Assembly: GCA_025594325.1 (NCBI GenBank)
Contig: JANHCV010000001.1
Location: 868,001 to 932,000, forward strand
Direction: 5' to 3'
DNA: 64,000 nucleotides
Origin: Blastocladiella emersonii ATCC 22665
Taxonomy: Eukaryota; Fungi; Blastocladiomycota
The notes below the pieces were generated by a model that did no database searches, was not told where the DNA came from, and saw only the letters and a program-made list of their open reading frames with translations. Positions 21,691-34,617 of the stretch are shown here, in pieces. The translations under genes and the position numbers were made by a program. Each line of letters begins with the position of its first letter. Within the stretch, counting starts at the first letter, position 1.

Positions 21691-24600
21691 TCAGTTGCGA
21701 CGCGGGAGCGTCGGCCGGGGCCCCGGCGCCGGCGCACCACCGCCGGCGGCCTGCTGCTGCTTGATCTTCTGCTGCTCGAGGCGCGCGAGGAGCTGGCGCT
21801 TCCACTCGGGGATCGCGGGGTCGGCGCTCGCGGCCGCTGCCCCTATACCAGGCATCACGGCAACCGGCGCCGCAGCCGCCGCGACCTGGGGCGACGCCAC
21901 CGGCGCGGGACTCGCGCTGTTCGCCGTGCGCGACGCGGGCCGGGGCGGCGGCGCGGGCCGCGCGGGCGCCGCGACGACGACCTGCTCGAGGTAGTTCGCG
22001 GGGACCCACCCCTCTCCCCCACTGTTGTTGCGGGCGAGCCACCACCCGCCGTCCTCCTTGGTCACCACGTCGACCATCTCGCCCTGCGCGAGCGACAGCT
22101 CGCCCGCGTCCTGGCCCTGGAACGCGTACAGCGCCTTGAACATGGGCTTGGAGGGGACCGGGCGCGGCGGCGCGGGCGGGCGCGGGCGGACGGGCGGCGG
22201 GGTGGCCGAGCCGCCGTTCGCGGTGCCCGCGAGGTTCGTGCCGGACGTGCTGGGCGTCATGGGCCGCGAGCCCGGCGGCGTGGCTGCGGCCGCGGGCGTC
22301 GGCGTCTGCGCCGCGAGCTTGAACGGGGACGCGATCTGCGTGGGGGCAGGGCGGATCGCGGCCGTGGCTGCGGCGGCCGCGGGGCGGACCGTACCCGTCG
22401 TGTTGGGCGCCGGCTTGGGCTTGGGCGTCGGTTTCGGCTTGGGCGCCGACGAGGTGGTGGTGCGGAAGGTGGACGGGCGCGGCTTCTTGGGCACCGGCGG
22501 GTTGCTCACTACATTCCCACGCGCAAGTCAGCGAGGGCCGCGTCCCACAATGACACAAGAAAAACCGTACCCGAGTTGGCGGGGCTGCCCGTATTGACGA
22601 GGATCTTGTCCTTCTTGAACGCCCAGCGGCCGTTGACGACGGACTCGTCCTTGGCGGCCTTGAGCGTGTGGGCCTTGGCCTGCTTCTTGTTGGTGCACAC
22701 GAGGTCGTTTGCGACCTGGACCTGGAGCTTGAGCTGGTACGCGAGGTACGACGCGAACTCGGTCTTGAACGGCGTGGCGAGGACAATATCCTCGTCGGCG
22801 TCAATGGACAGCAGCATGAAGTCGTCCTGGTGCGGGGTGAGGGTGACGCCGCGGATCGCGCGCAGCGGGACCTTGCGGTCGATCCGCTGGACGACCTGGT
22901 TGTTCTCCATCTTGGTGACGACGAGGGCGAGGTGCTTGTCGGTCATGACGATCATGCGCGGCGACAGCTTGGAGCTGCGGAGCCACCGGAACACGGCCGT
23001 GTGTCCGCGGGCCGAGAAGATGATGAGCTCTTCGGGGGCGAGCGCGGCCGCGGTGCGGAGGAACGCGCCGCCGGCGCCCGCCACGTCCAGGTAGTCGCCG
23101 AGGTACCGGCGCATCGAGATGACCGAGAACCGGCGGCGCTCCTTGCGTCCCGCGAGCACCGTGTGGCCGTAGTCGCGCATCTGCACGTACACGTTGAGCC
23201 CCTTGTAGTTCTTCCACGCCTGCTGGATCAGGGCTGCGGCGGCGTTGCGGCGCGCCTGGTACCGGTGCCACGCGCGCTGGATGCGGATCGCCATGCGGTG
23301 CCAGTAGTGGTCGCGCATGGCCTCGAGCGTGAACAGGGTCTCGGGCGACTTGATGAACACCTTGGACTTGCCGAGCTGCCACTGCTCGGTCGGGATCCCG
23401 GACTGCGTCAGGATCACCTGCGCGGCCTGTGCGGGCGGGCCCGGCCACGTGCACTCGCCGGCGTAGCAGGTGCGCGCGCTGAGCATGTAGAAGCGCTCGA
23501 GGAACCGCTCGAACGTCTGGCGCGACGCGAACCCGGCGCGCCGCACCTTGACGTTCTGCAGCAGGCCGAGGTACTTGACCTGGTGCAGCGTCATGGCCGC
23601 ATCGTAGTCCTTGGCGGACCGCGCGTGATTGGGCTTGATGCACCGGATGTAGTTGGGCTGGCACGCCATGAGCGTGGTGACGAGTTCGCCGGCCGACTGC
23701 TTGATCTTGTCGGACGCGGTCGGTGGGCGCTGGCGGTTCTCGCGGTCCACGTCCTCGGGGAACAGGTCGAGCAGGAGCGGGAGCGACGACGCCTTGACGA
23801 GCTCGAGGAGGTCCTTGTTGGCGGCGTCGCGGTTCTTCTCCGACATGCCGGCCACGTTGTAGACCACGTCGCCCGCGTAGTGCTTGATGGTGAAGGTGCC
23901 CGTCTGCGCAAAGAAGCGCGTGTGCGAGATGCGGTTGAGGTCGCCCGCGAGCGTCGCGTCGGCCTTGTCCGGGTCCGCGTGCACGCGCGCGCCCGCGTCG
24001 TTCATCATGGCGAAGATGCCCGGCGTGGGCCGCTTCTCCTCGATCAGGTCGCACACCACCTTGTTGTTGAAGAAGTCGATCGGCGTCCACTGGATCCCCT
24101 CGGCCACGTAGTCCTCCTGCTCCGTCTTGATCGTCAGCTCGATGAAGATCTGCTGCAGCTTCTCGTTGACGTAGTTGCTACATCGTACGCGTGGCGTGAG
24201 TTCGTGGTCCGCATCGCCGTATCGCGCGGAACGTACATGCACAGCTGCTCGAAGCTGTTGTTATCAAACAGCTCGAACCCGTAGATATCGAGAATGCCAA
24301 TCGACCGGGCGACGGGCTCGACGGGCTGCATGGCGCGGTTGACGCGCTCGACGATCCAGTCGAAGAGCCGGTGGTAGATACTCTTCGCCAGCGCGTCCCG
24401 CACGCCGACAGCCTGGGCGACGTTGAGCGGCGACTGGAACCGCTCGAACTGGCCGCCGGCGCGCGGCGTGACGATGACGCGGCACAGGAGCGCGCGGCGC
24501 AGCGTGTCGGCGTCGACCTGCAGCAGGTACGCGACGCTGTCGAGGGCGTCCTGGGCGGTCGCGCTGCCGAGGATCGCGTCCTCGCCGTTGCCGTCGGGGT

Positions 24601-25866
24601 CGACGGCGAAGTCGACGTTGCCGAGCCACAGGATCGCGGCGAGGAGACGGTGGATGTCCGACTGCTCCTGCGCCGAGAGCCCGATGACGCGCATCGCCTC
24701 GAGCACGTCCGCGTACTCGGCCGCGTCGTCGATGCCGTCCACGGTCAGGCAGCCCGACAGGTTGGTGTAGTTGTAGCACTCGGGGCCCGAGATGCCAAAG
24801 TCTGGTCGTGGTGTGGACCGTGGTGAGCCGTCTGGGCGGGGAGGGCGGGTGCGACAGGTGAGAGTGAACGTACCACGGTACTCTGCCTTGGCGGCCTTGC
24901 AGATCTGGTAGAAGATGTGGAAATTGCGCTCGTTCTTGAGCTGCATGCCGACGCGGGTCTTCTCGAGGAGGTAGTTGGTGATGTGGGCGCCAATGGGCTC
25001 GCCGCGCGCGTTGAAGAAGATCTCGAGGTACTTGCCCTACACGCATACAGGTCAGCCGCGCGCGTCGACGACATCCCGAGCCGGAACACGTACGAATCGA
25101 CTCGAGTTGGTATTCTTGAGCGTCTTGGCGTTCCCGAAACTCTCGAGCAGCGGGTTGGTCGCGAGGACCATGTCCTTGACGTGCTGGATCTGGGTCGAGT
25201 CGGCGCCGCCCGAGACGTGCGCGATGTAGGCCATGATCTTCTTGGCGGCCTCGGTCTTGCCGGACCCGGACTCGCCCGAGATGATGACGCACTGGTTGTC
25301 GGCGTACGACTTCATGCGGTAGTAGGCGGCCTCGGCAATGGCAAAGACGTGCGGCGGCATCTCGATCAGGTTCCGGCCGATGTAGCTCTCGAGGATCGCG
25401 TCCGTGTAGATGCCCAGGTCGCGGAACGGGTTGACGGAGATGAGCACATGGCCGATGTACGTCTACGGCGAGGGGAAGCGCGCGTCAGTTTGACGGCGGG
25501 TGCAAGAGGCAGAGCAGCGCGGACGTACGTAGATCTCGCCCTTGCTGAACCGCTTGGCCAGGTTGTCGTTGATGGCGTCGTTGGAGAGCGTCGAGAGCAG
25601 CGTCATGTCTAATCGCCGCGCACGGTGTTAGACGCCCGATCGAGCAGCAGCGTGGGCCAGCAGCGAAGCGTACCGTCAACGCCGACCTGGTTCGGCTTGC
25701 GATCGCTGTTCCACGTCGCCTTCTTGACGGCGCCCGCGCCCTTGGGCCGGTTGGGCGTGTCGGCGCCCTGCTTCTTGCCGAGCTGGAACTAGATGCGGCG
25801 GCGGCGGCGGGTCAGCTCTCACGGTTGCCGCGTGTCGTCGAGGAGGCCGTCGTTCACCCATACCAT
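21691..25866 (-). CDS. MYO1: Class I myosin (motor, IQ, TH1, Pro/Ala-rich, SH3), multi-exon
   Basis: [55 protein letters not shown]1 ([17 protein letters not shown]), SH3 (KALYAFQG...GWWLA...GWVPANYL). Exon 1 is the ATG alone. Confidence 0.95.
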
Positions 25867-26254
25867 GCTGGTATGCGCCGTGGTGCCCGTCAGTCGTCGA
25901 GGTCGAGGTCGATGTGTTGTGCCCGAGGCGGGAGGCGTTCGCGGCGGTGGCGCACGGCGTGTGCGTGTCGGTGAAAGAGCGCCTGCCCAGTCGCCCGCTC
26001 GCTCACGCTGGTCTGCACGCAAGAGTCTAAGCGTGCTGCTACGCGTGCGTGTACTCGGTTCGCTCGCTTGGCGAACAGAGGGGAGAGAAAGCAATCCGTA
26101 GCAGGGGCGCGGTCGGGTCGGGAGAGAGAGAAGAAGCGGCGCGCGGGCGACCGCGGCGGTCAAGTCAAGTCTGCTTGGCGGTGCTCAGCCCTCTCTGGTC
26201 CCTTTGAACCGCCCTTCCATGAAAACTTGCCCTCGCGGCCGACTCGCTGCAACC

Positions 26255-27230
26255 ATGTCCGACAGCGACGACGACTACATGTCGGCCGCCTTCCTCGCGG
26301 ACCCCTCTCCCGCCGGGGGCGCCGCCGCGAAACCCGCACACCAGCTGACGTACGCGGAGCGGCGCAAGCAGGCCCTCCGTGCGCAAGAACGGACCCAGCT
26401 CTCGAAGCAGGAGCAGCTGGCGGCGGCGCAGAAGCGCAAACTCGACGAGTCGAACAAGGGGATGCAGCTGCTCAAGAAGCTCGGGTTCCGCGAGGGCGGC
26501 GGGCTCGGCAAGCAGGGGACCGGGATCGCCGAGCCGCTCGCCGTCACGATGCGCGACCGCCGGCTCGGGATCGGCGTTAAGACGGCCGAGGATTTGAAGG
26601 TCGAGCACGAGATGAAGCGCGCGCGTGTCCTGGAGGGGAAGCAGGACGAGTTTCGCGAGTGGCGCGCCAGCCGGTTTCTTGAGCAGCAGTACGGGGTCGC
26701 TTGGGTTTTCGGAAGAGTGCGAGAGAGCTAACGTACCGTGTAGACTCGAGGCCGACGTCCGCAAGGCGCGCAAGCTCGCGTTCGAGATGGACAGCAAGGC
26801 CGAGGCGCGCGACGCGACGCACCTGTGGCCGCTCGTCGCGCAGCCTAAGGCGCCGCCCGCCGAGGTCCCCGCGGGAGGCGGTGATAACCCCGAGGAACTG
26901 TTTCTGGCCGCCGACTCGGACAACGACGACGACGAGGACGACGCGCCGCGGCCGTTCCAGGTATCTGCTGCGCCGGAACCCGTGCCCGCAGTCGAGCCGG
27001 TGCTCGAACCACCAGAACCCGGTCACGACAACAACGAGGACGACGACGCGCCAAGGCCTTGGACCGAGTCGGCCATCGCGTTCGAGTCGCTGCCGCCGGC
27101 CGAGCAGCTCGCGGCCCTGATCGCGCGGCTGCGCGAGCGGTACCTGTACTGCATATACTGCGGGTGCGGCTTCGACACGGGCGAGGAGATGGCCGAGGCG
27201 TGTCCGGGGCCGGGACGCGACGATCACTGA
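26255..27230 (+). CDS. GPATCH11: G-patch domain protein 11-like (G-patch + C-terminal DUF4187-type Cys motif), one intron
   Basis: MSDSDDDYMS, SNKGMQLLKKLGFREGGGLGKQGTGIAEPL, LRERYLYCIYCG..F...EEM...CPG. Confidence 0.85.
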
Positions 27231-27442
27231 CGGGATGGGCAACAGAGATGATAAGAAAACTGACCACGCAGCTAAGGGGAGAGAGCAAATGAGGAGGGAG
27301 GGAGAGGAAAATGTAGACAAAAGACAACACGTCGCAGGAGGGGGAGGGGAGGGATGAAGATCAACTAGACGAGAGCGAAAGCGAGACACGGGCGGGTACG
27401 ACGGGCGCCATGACCGGGAGTGGAGGAGAGAGAGAGAACATC

Positions 27443-28433
<991 letters not shown>

Positions 28434-29557
28434 GGTGGTGGTGGTGGTGGTGGGATGAGGGTAGTGGTGGTAGAGCGGCAGCGAGGATCACGGACGCGAC
28501 GCGCGGCGGTCACAGAGGTCGGTCGAGCTGGGTCCTGCACGTCATGCAGCGGGCATCAGCGGGCATCAGCGGGCACAGCGACGACAGCGAGGAGAAGGCA
28601 CGCCATACACGAGACGAGAGGAAGGGGAGGGGTATGGAGAAGTTAGCGGTCCGGCAACGCGCGCGGTGGTGGTCGCTCGGTAAGCCACGCTGCGCTCGCT
28701 CGCTCGGTCGGCCGTTCCTCGAGGATCCCCACGCGACGGACATGCGTGGTAGATGACGCAGCGGCGGGATGAGTCGGTTGCTCGGCGGGCGTGAGCGGCG
28801 CTGCGCGCGACGCGTGCGCGGTGCCACCCGTCGTGTTAGTCGAGTGAAAGCTTGCCACCGAACGAGGCAAGTTGCCAGGCGGGCGCCCCGCACGGTCGGC
28901 GCGCGGCGGAGTTGATGTTGGTGGCGACGACGCGCGGGTGCTGGCAGTAGGCGCGAGTCGAGCGGCTCGGAGTCGACGAGCAGAGCCACCCCGACCACAG
29001 CGGCGCGCGGATGCTGCGGGCCGGACCACGCGTGGGAATGGCGACGCGATCGGCCGACCGGGGTCCTCGTGGAGCAAGCGAGGCGAGCGAGCGCAGCGCA
29101 GCGTGCAGTGACGAATGAGACATACGTCAGCGACGGGTGCGGTGGGGTGGAGGTCAAGGTTGGTGGCAGCGACGCGGCGGCGACGGCGACGGCGGCTCCA
29201 GAGCGGGTCGGGTGGGGAGAACGAGGGCGGTGGGGCGCGTCGCGCTGCAGGTCACCGGCGGATGCGTGGGATGAGATGTGGGGTTGACGGTGGTGGTGGC
29301 GAGCCCGGGCAAGGCGCGGCGGCGGGCGCTCCTCCAACGCCGAACAAGGCGCGCGCGCGTCGCTCTCCCCGCTGCCCGCCTCGACGAAAAGAATAAAAAA
29401 ACCGCGCACGTGACGCTCGGTGTCGCGCAGCCGGCCAGCTGATCTCACATGCCGACGCGCCGCGCGTCTCCCCTTCGTTTTTGGCCGTTGCCGATCGTCT
29501 CCTCTCTCCCGAAGCAGACCGCTGATCATGTAAATGTAACCGCATGCACTGAAAGAA

Positions 29558-31423
29558 ATGCCCGACGCCGTCACCGCCTGCTTCGACCTCGCCGCGAGCT
29601 ACGAGCACGGCGCCGCCACCAAGGCCGCCCTGCGCATCGTGCGCCTGCTGCCCTCCGCCAAGGGCAAGGCGAAATCCTCGCTGCGCTCCAGCACCGCCGC
29701 CGGCACGGGGTCCGCCGCCTCGCTCCGCAACCCCAGCGGCGCGCCCGCCTCCTTGGGCTACGGCTCCGACGGCCTCCCGCTGCCCCCAACCTCGCCCAAC
29801 GCCGACGCCGTCATGCAGGCCGCCGTCGACGCCCTGTCGCAGCTGCTCGCCCACGCCTTCCGCCTCGAGGCCATGTACACGAGCCTCGCCCTGTCGCGCC
29901 CGCGCCGCATGTTCGGCCGCGAGACGCTGGACGAGGCCTACCGCGTCCTCCAGTCCGACTGCGAGCGCGACCGGCCCGTCCTCGACGCCCTCGCGTCGCT
30001 CCCGCACCACCTCCTCAACTACCCGCTCGAGCGTACCGCGTCTACCCGCTCGCTCGGGTCCGCCTCGGGCGCCGCGGCGCAGCTCGATCTCAATGCCATG
30101 ATGTCGCTCACCAACCCCGTGCGTACGCTTTGCGGGAGCAACTCGCGCGTCATCACCGCTAACGCATGCCCCACCTCCAGCTCATCCACCTGTGCCAGGC
30201 CCGCGTCCTGCAGATCCAGATCTGGCGCCGGCTCGCCCAGTGCGCCGACGCCGAGGACCTCGTCTCCATCGTCCCGATTGTCGAGGGCGCCTACGCCGAG
30301 CTCGACTTTAGCCTGCTCGCCCGCCTCTCGCCCGCCTTTTCCGCCCTCATCCAGTACGCCCGCTTCCCTTCCCTCCCCCACCCGACCGACCCCATCAACT
30401 CACTCTTGACCATCTAGACGCGAAATGCACGTCCTCATCTCGCTGCTCCGCACCGAGCGCGGCATCTACTACCACCAGCTGCCCGACGCCCTGAGCAACC
30501 TGTACACGGCCCAGGCCCTGCTCGCCGAGTGGAAGGCCGCCGCCTTCCCCAACGACGGCGCCGCCTCCCTCGCCAAATCCTTCCTCTCCAGCAACGCCTC
30601 GGCGCTCCCCGCCCACCTCACCTTCTGGTGGGATTTCACCCACCACTACCTCGCCAAGATGTCGCTCCACTTCTCGCGCCTCCAGTTTCCTGGCCAGAAG
30701 GCGGGGACTGCGTTGACTACCATGTACGCCTTCGCCGCGCGATCGCTCCTCGCATACACTAACGACTTGATCCACAGGATCGAGGACTCGCTCAAACCCC
30801 TGCGCGGCGACGCCAGCTTCCACCTGATGTACCACGTCCCGTCCGACCGCATCGACTCGTTCGAGGTCTCGGGCTACGCCTTCCCGCGCACTCCCTCCGC
30901 CCCCGGCCACGAAAGTTCCCCATCTCCATCGCCACCCGGAACGGCCGCTTCGAGCGGCGTCGCGTCCAAGTTCCCTGTCCTGTACTCGTACCCGGCGGAC
31001 CTGGCCCCCGCCGACCGCGCCACCGTGTGCGCCGTCCTGCTCGCCCTCAACCGCCCGCCGGCCACCCCGCCACAGCAGCAGGCTGTCAACTACTCGCGGT
31101 CCACCGGCGGCACCGTCTCCTCGACGTCGTCGTCCGCCATGTCGCGGCCCATGACCCCCATCTCCGCCCTCGAGACCGCGTCCACCACGACCGCCGCGAC
31201 GACAACGCGGACGCACGCGCACCGCCCGCTCGAAGTCGGCGAGCTGCTGCCGTACGTCGACGCCAAGGTCGGCCGGTCGTACTACCTGGCGCGCCTCGGC
31301 GAGCATCTGTACGCGGTCGTGGTGCTGGCCGACCGCCGGCCGAGGGATACGGCCACGATTGATTTTTTGACCGCGTTCAAGGCGGCGATTTGGGGGCAGG
31401 CGTTGCTCAAGTCGATTCCGTGA
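29558..31423 (+). CDS. KICS2: KICSTOR subunit 2 (C12orf66/DUF2003) orthologue, multi-exon
   Basis: Colinear blocks recall human KICS2: HAFRLEAMYTSL (HLAAAEKVYHSL), HLCQARVLQIQIW (FFVQARMEIADFY), EMHVLISLLRTE...NLYTAQALLAEW (EVDVLCHLLKAQ...NLHSAHTKLQTW), HLTFWWDFTHHYLAKMSLHF ([21 protein letters not shown]), YVDAKVGRSYYLAR (FYDDKVQSTYFLTR). Confidence 0.8.
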
Positions 31424-31467
31424 GTCGCGAATGATAGATTTTGGGGTGTGTTAATACGTTTATTCAC

Positions 31468-33856
31468 TCACTCGTCGTCTTCATCATTCGCGAACCCCGC
31501 GGCATCGTCGTCGTCGTCGCCCGCGTCCAAGTCCATGGCGCCTTCCCCCTCGCCATCCGCGCTTGCTGGCTGCTCTTCTTCCACATCTTCTTGTCCCGCA
31601 CCACCCGCCGCGGCAGCCGCGGCAGCCTCCGCCGCCTTCTTGCGCTGCATCGCGAGCTTCCACTGCTGCGCCTTGGCGAGCAGCGTGAGGTTGGGCTTGT
31701 GCGCGTCGTCGTCGGGCCACAGGTAGTCGAGGAACTCCTCGGTGAGTGCGCCGCGCGCGTCCTCGCCGGCCGCGAGCGGGCGCGTGTCGCCGACGCGGCG
31801 CCGCCGCTTGACGATGCGCGGGAACATGCCGTCGACTTTCGAGGCGGACTCGCGGGAACCGAACTCGCGCTCAAAGTCGCGCCACGATTCGAGGAGGATG
31901 ACGCGCTACACGGCGAAGGGTGTCAGTGATAGGCCGGGAAAGGGTGAAGGACAAGGGATGTGGCCGCACCTCCTCGTTGGCGGCGCGCTCCTTGAGCTTC
32001 TTGTACGCGTTGTCGAATACGGCGCGGGCGCGGGTCGCGCGCGCGGCCACGTCGTCGAGCTCCTCGGCCTGCATCTCGAACTTGGCGAAGCTGATCCACA
32101 CCTTGACGTGCGCGGTCCGCTGCAGCAGCCGCTCGTACAGGTGCCGCGTCTTGGTCCACTCGCCCTCGTCCATTTCAAAGTCTACACCACGCAGCGTGTG
32201 TCAGAGACAGCCTAGTCAAAATGAACCCGACCCCGCATACCAATGTAGGCCTTCCACAGGACCTCGGGCATATCGAGGACGGGCTGGTCGACGGCGAGCT
32301 CGAACAGGGCGCGGGCGCGGTCGCGGTCGCCGAGCATGGTCTCGAGCTCGGCGTACTTGATCCACGCAAACACGTTGGCGGGGTTGAACTCGATGAACTT
32401 CTCGTACAGGGTGCGGACGCGGTCGAACTCGCGCAGCTGCAGCTCGAGGTCAATGTACCCCTTGAACAGCCGCGGTTTCGCGCACACGCCGAGCGCCATG
32501 CCGAGCGTGCGGCGCGCGCCCGGCAGATCGCGGTGACGGATCAGGAACCGCGCGAACGCGAGCCACAGTTTCGCGAACGTGAACTCGCGGTGCGGCACGA
32601 GCTGCAGGGCCGCCTCGTACACGGCGCGGGCGCGGTCGACGTCGCGGGCGCGCGCCTCCTCGAACACCGCGTACTGCAGCCACAGGTACACGTACCGGCG
32701 CCACAGGCGCTTCTCGTGGGCGGGCGGTATGTGGGCAACGGCGCGCTCGTACGCGTCGCGCGCGCGGTCGACATCCCCGGCGTCCTCCTCGAGCCGGATC
32801 AGGTCCAGCCACACGTCCACGTTGTGCGGGTTCGCCTTGACCTCGTCCTCGTACACCCACCGGCGCTTGGACGCCACCACCTGCTCGATGTCCGACCGAC
32901 CGCCCCACTGCTTCTCGAAGTTGGTGTAGGCGCGGTACACGTCGGCCGTCTGCGACTTAGGCAGGGTGGATAGCGCGTACTGGTAGATGGCGCGCGCGCG
33001 CTCGTACTCCTTTTGCCGGGTCTCGAACTTGGCGAACGCGGCGAGGAGCGTGGGCGTGACGTGGTCGTCGCCGAGGTACGCGACGGCCTCCTCGAAGACC
33101 TGGCGCGCGGCGGCGGGGTTCTGGTGGTCCTCCTCGAACTTGGCAAACGTGATCCAGTTGCGCGGGTCCGGGTGGCACTCGACGAGGCGGCGGTACAGGG
33201 CGCGTGCGCGGTCGAGCTCGCGGTACCGGAGCTCGAACGCGACGTACGCCTCCCACGCGTCCTCGTGCGGGCGCCAGTCCATCCACCGCTCGAAGATCTG
33301 GCGCGCCTTGGCCATGTTGTTGAGCATCTCCTCCATGTACGCGTACTTGTACCAGAACTGGTCGACGCGCGGGAGCTGCGTGACGGCGCGGTCCCACAGG
33401 TTGCGGGCCAGGTTCACGTTCTTGCCGCGCATCTCCATCTCGGCGTACTTGACCCAGATGGCCGGGTTGCGCGGGTCGATCTCGAGCACCCGCTCGTACA
33501 CGCTGCGCGCGCGGCCGAGGTCGCGCTGCGACTCCTCCCACGCCGCGTACTTGAGCCAGTGCGCGACATGGTGCTTGTTGCGCCGGATCGCGTTCTCGAA
33601 CGACTCGCGCTTGTGCCGCCGGTACTCGTTCAGCTCGTCGGCGTCCGCGATCTGCTGCTTCGGCACCGAGTACGCCGGCTCCGACCGGTCGTGCGCCTCG
33701 CGCAGCAGCTGCTCGGCCGTGATCTGCACCTCGGCCGGGTTCTTGTTCTTGACCTAGATTCGGGAGGGGGCGGGTCAGCGGTCCGGTCACTCAACAGCAA
33801 CCCGCGCGGCAAACAGCGCTCACCTTGGCGGTCCGCTGGTACGGCGTCGATTGCAT
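31468..33856 (-). CDS. CLF1: Pre-mRNA splicing factor Clf1/crooked neck (HAT repeats), multi-exon
   Basis: VKNKNPAEVQITAEQLLREA, WLKYAAWEESQ, RARSVYERVL, HAT repeats, MFPRIVKRRR...EEFLDYLWPDD...LLAKAQQWK. Confidence 0.96.
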
Positions 33857-34117
33857 GGTGTCTGGGTGGTGTATCGTTGGGTGCACGCGCGGCAGGGCAC
33901 GGCTATGGGGGGAGCGCGGATGGCTGCCGCGACCGGCGGCTTCAAAGTGGTCGGTCGCGAAGAAAGCGTCAGGTGATGCTCGCCGCGCCTCGCCACCTCG
34001 TCGCGTCGCTCTCCTCGCCTCCCCCTCTCTCTCTTGTTCCCTAGCAAGAAGCTCATGTAAATAACCGCCATGCCGCCGTCGTTTGGCCAGTCCCTCTCGC
34101 CCGAGTCCTCGAGCAGC

Positions 34118-34569
34118 ATGTTCTCGATCCCGCCGCTCGTATGGAGAGCGCGCACAGACATTCGCGAGGCCCGCGCTGACGCCGCAACTCGCGCGGACAG
34201 GACTTTGCCGGGCAGCACAAGGCTGAGAAGATCATGCACACGTCGATCGTCGGGTCCAGCGTACGCACCACCCGCCGTCCCTCTACCGGACTCGGCAGTG
34301 ACCACCACCGCCGTTGTAGGTCGTCGGCCTCGCGCTCGGCTTCTCGCTCGGCTCGCTGCGCCTCGTCTACACCTGCTTCTTCATCGGCGTCCTCATCGCG
34401 TCCGTGGTACGCCATCCCTTGTACCGCCTTGGACCGGCGCCCGCTCACGTCCCATACACAGGCCACGATCCCGCCATGGGGCTACCTGCGCATGAACCCC
34501 ATCAAGTTCGTCTCCGAGTCCGTCTTCGACGACGACGCTCCCGAAGAGGCGGAGAAGAAGACGCAGTAG
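34118..34569 (+). CDS. SPC1: Signal peptidase complex subunit 1 (SPC12), 4 exons
   Basis: Splicing 34139-34200, 34261-34319 and 34407-34461 gives MFSIPPL-DFAGQHKAEKIMH...VVGLALGF...TIPPWGYLRMNPIKF, matching DxxGQxxAE and LPPWP.Y...P.KW of SPCS1. Confidence 0.88.
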
Positions 34570-34617
34570 ACGATCGCACACACCTGTTCGCTATATACAC
34601 TCCACCCTCCTCGTTCA

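Noticed and set aside
28820-29010. Possible H/ACA snoRNA in the PP2A leader (ACATCA and ACA on the minus strand)
   Set aside because: The hairpins are unconvincing, and the ACA overlaps a likely intron branch site (CTAAC).
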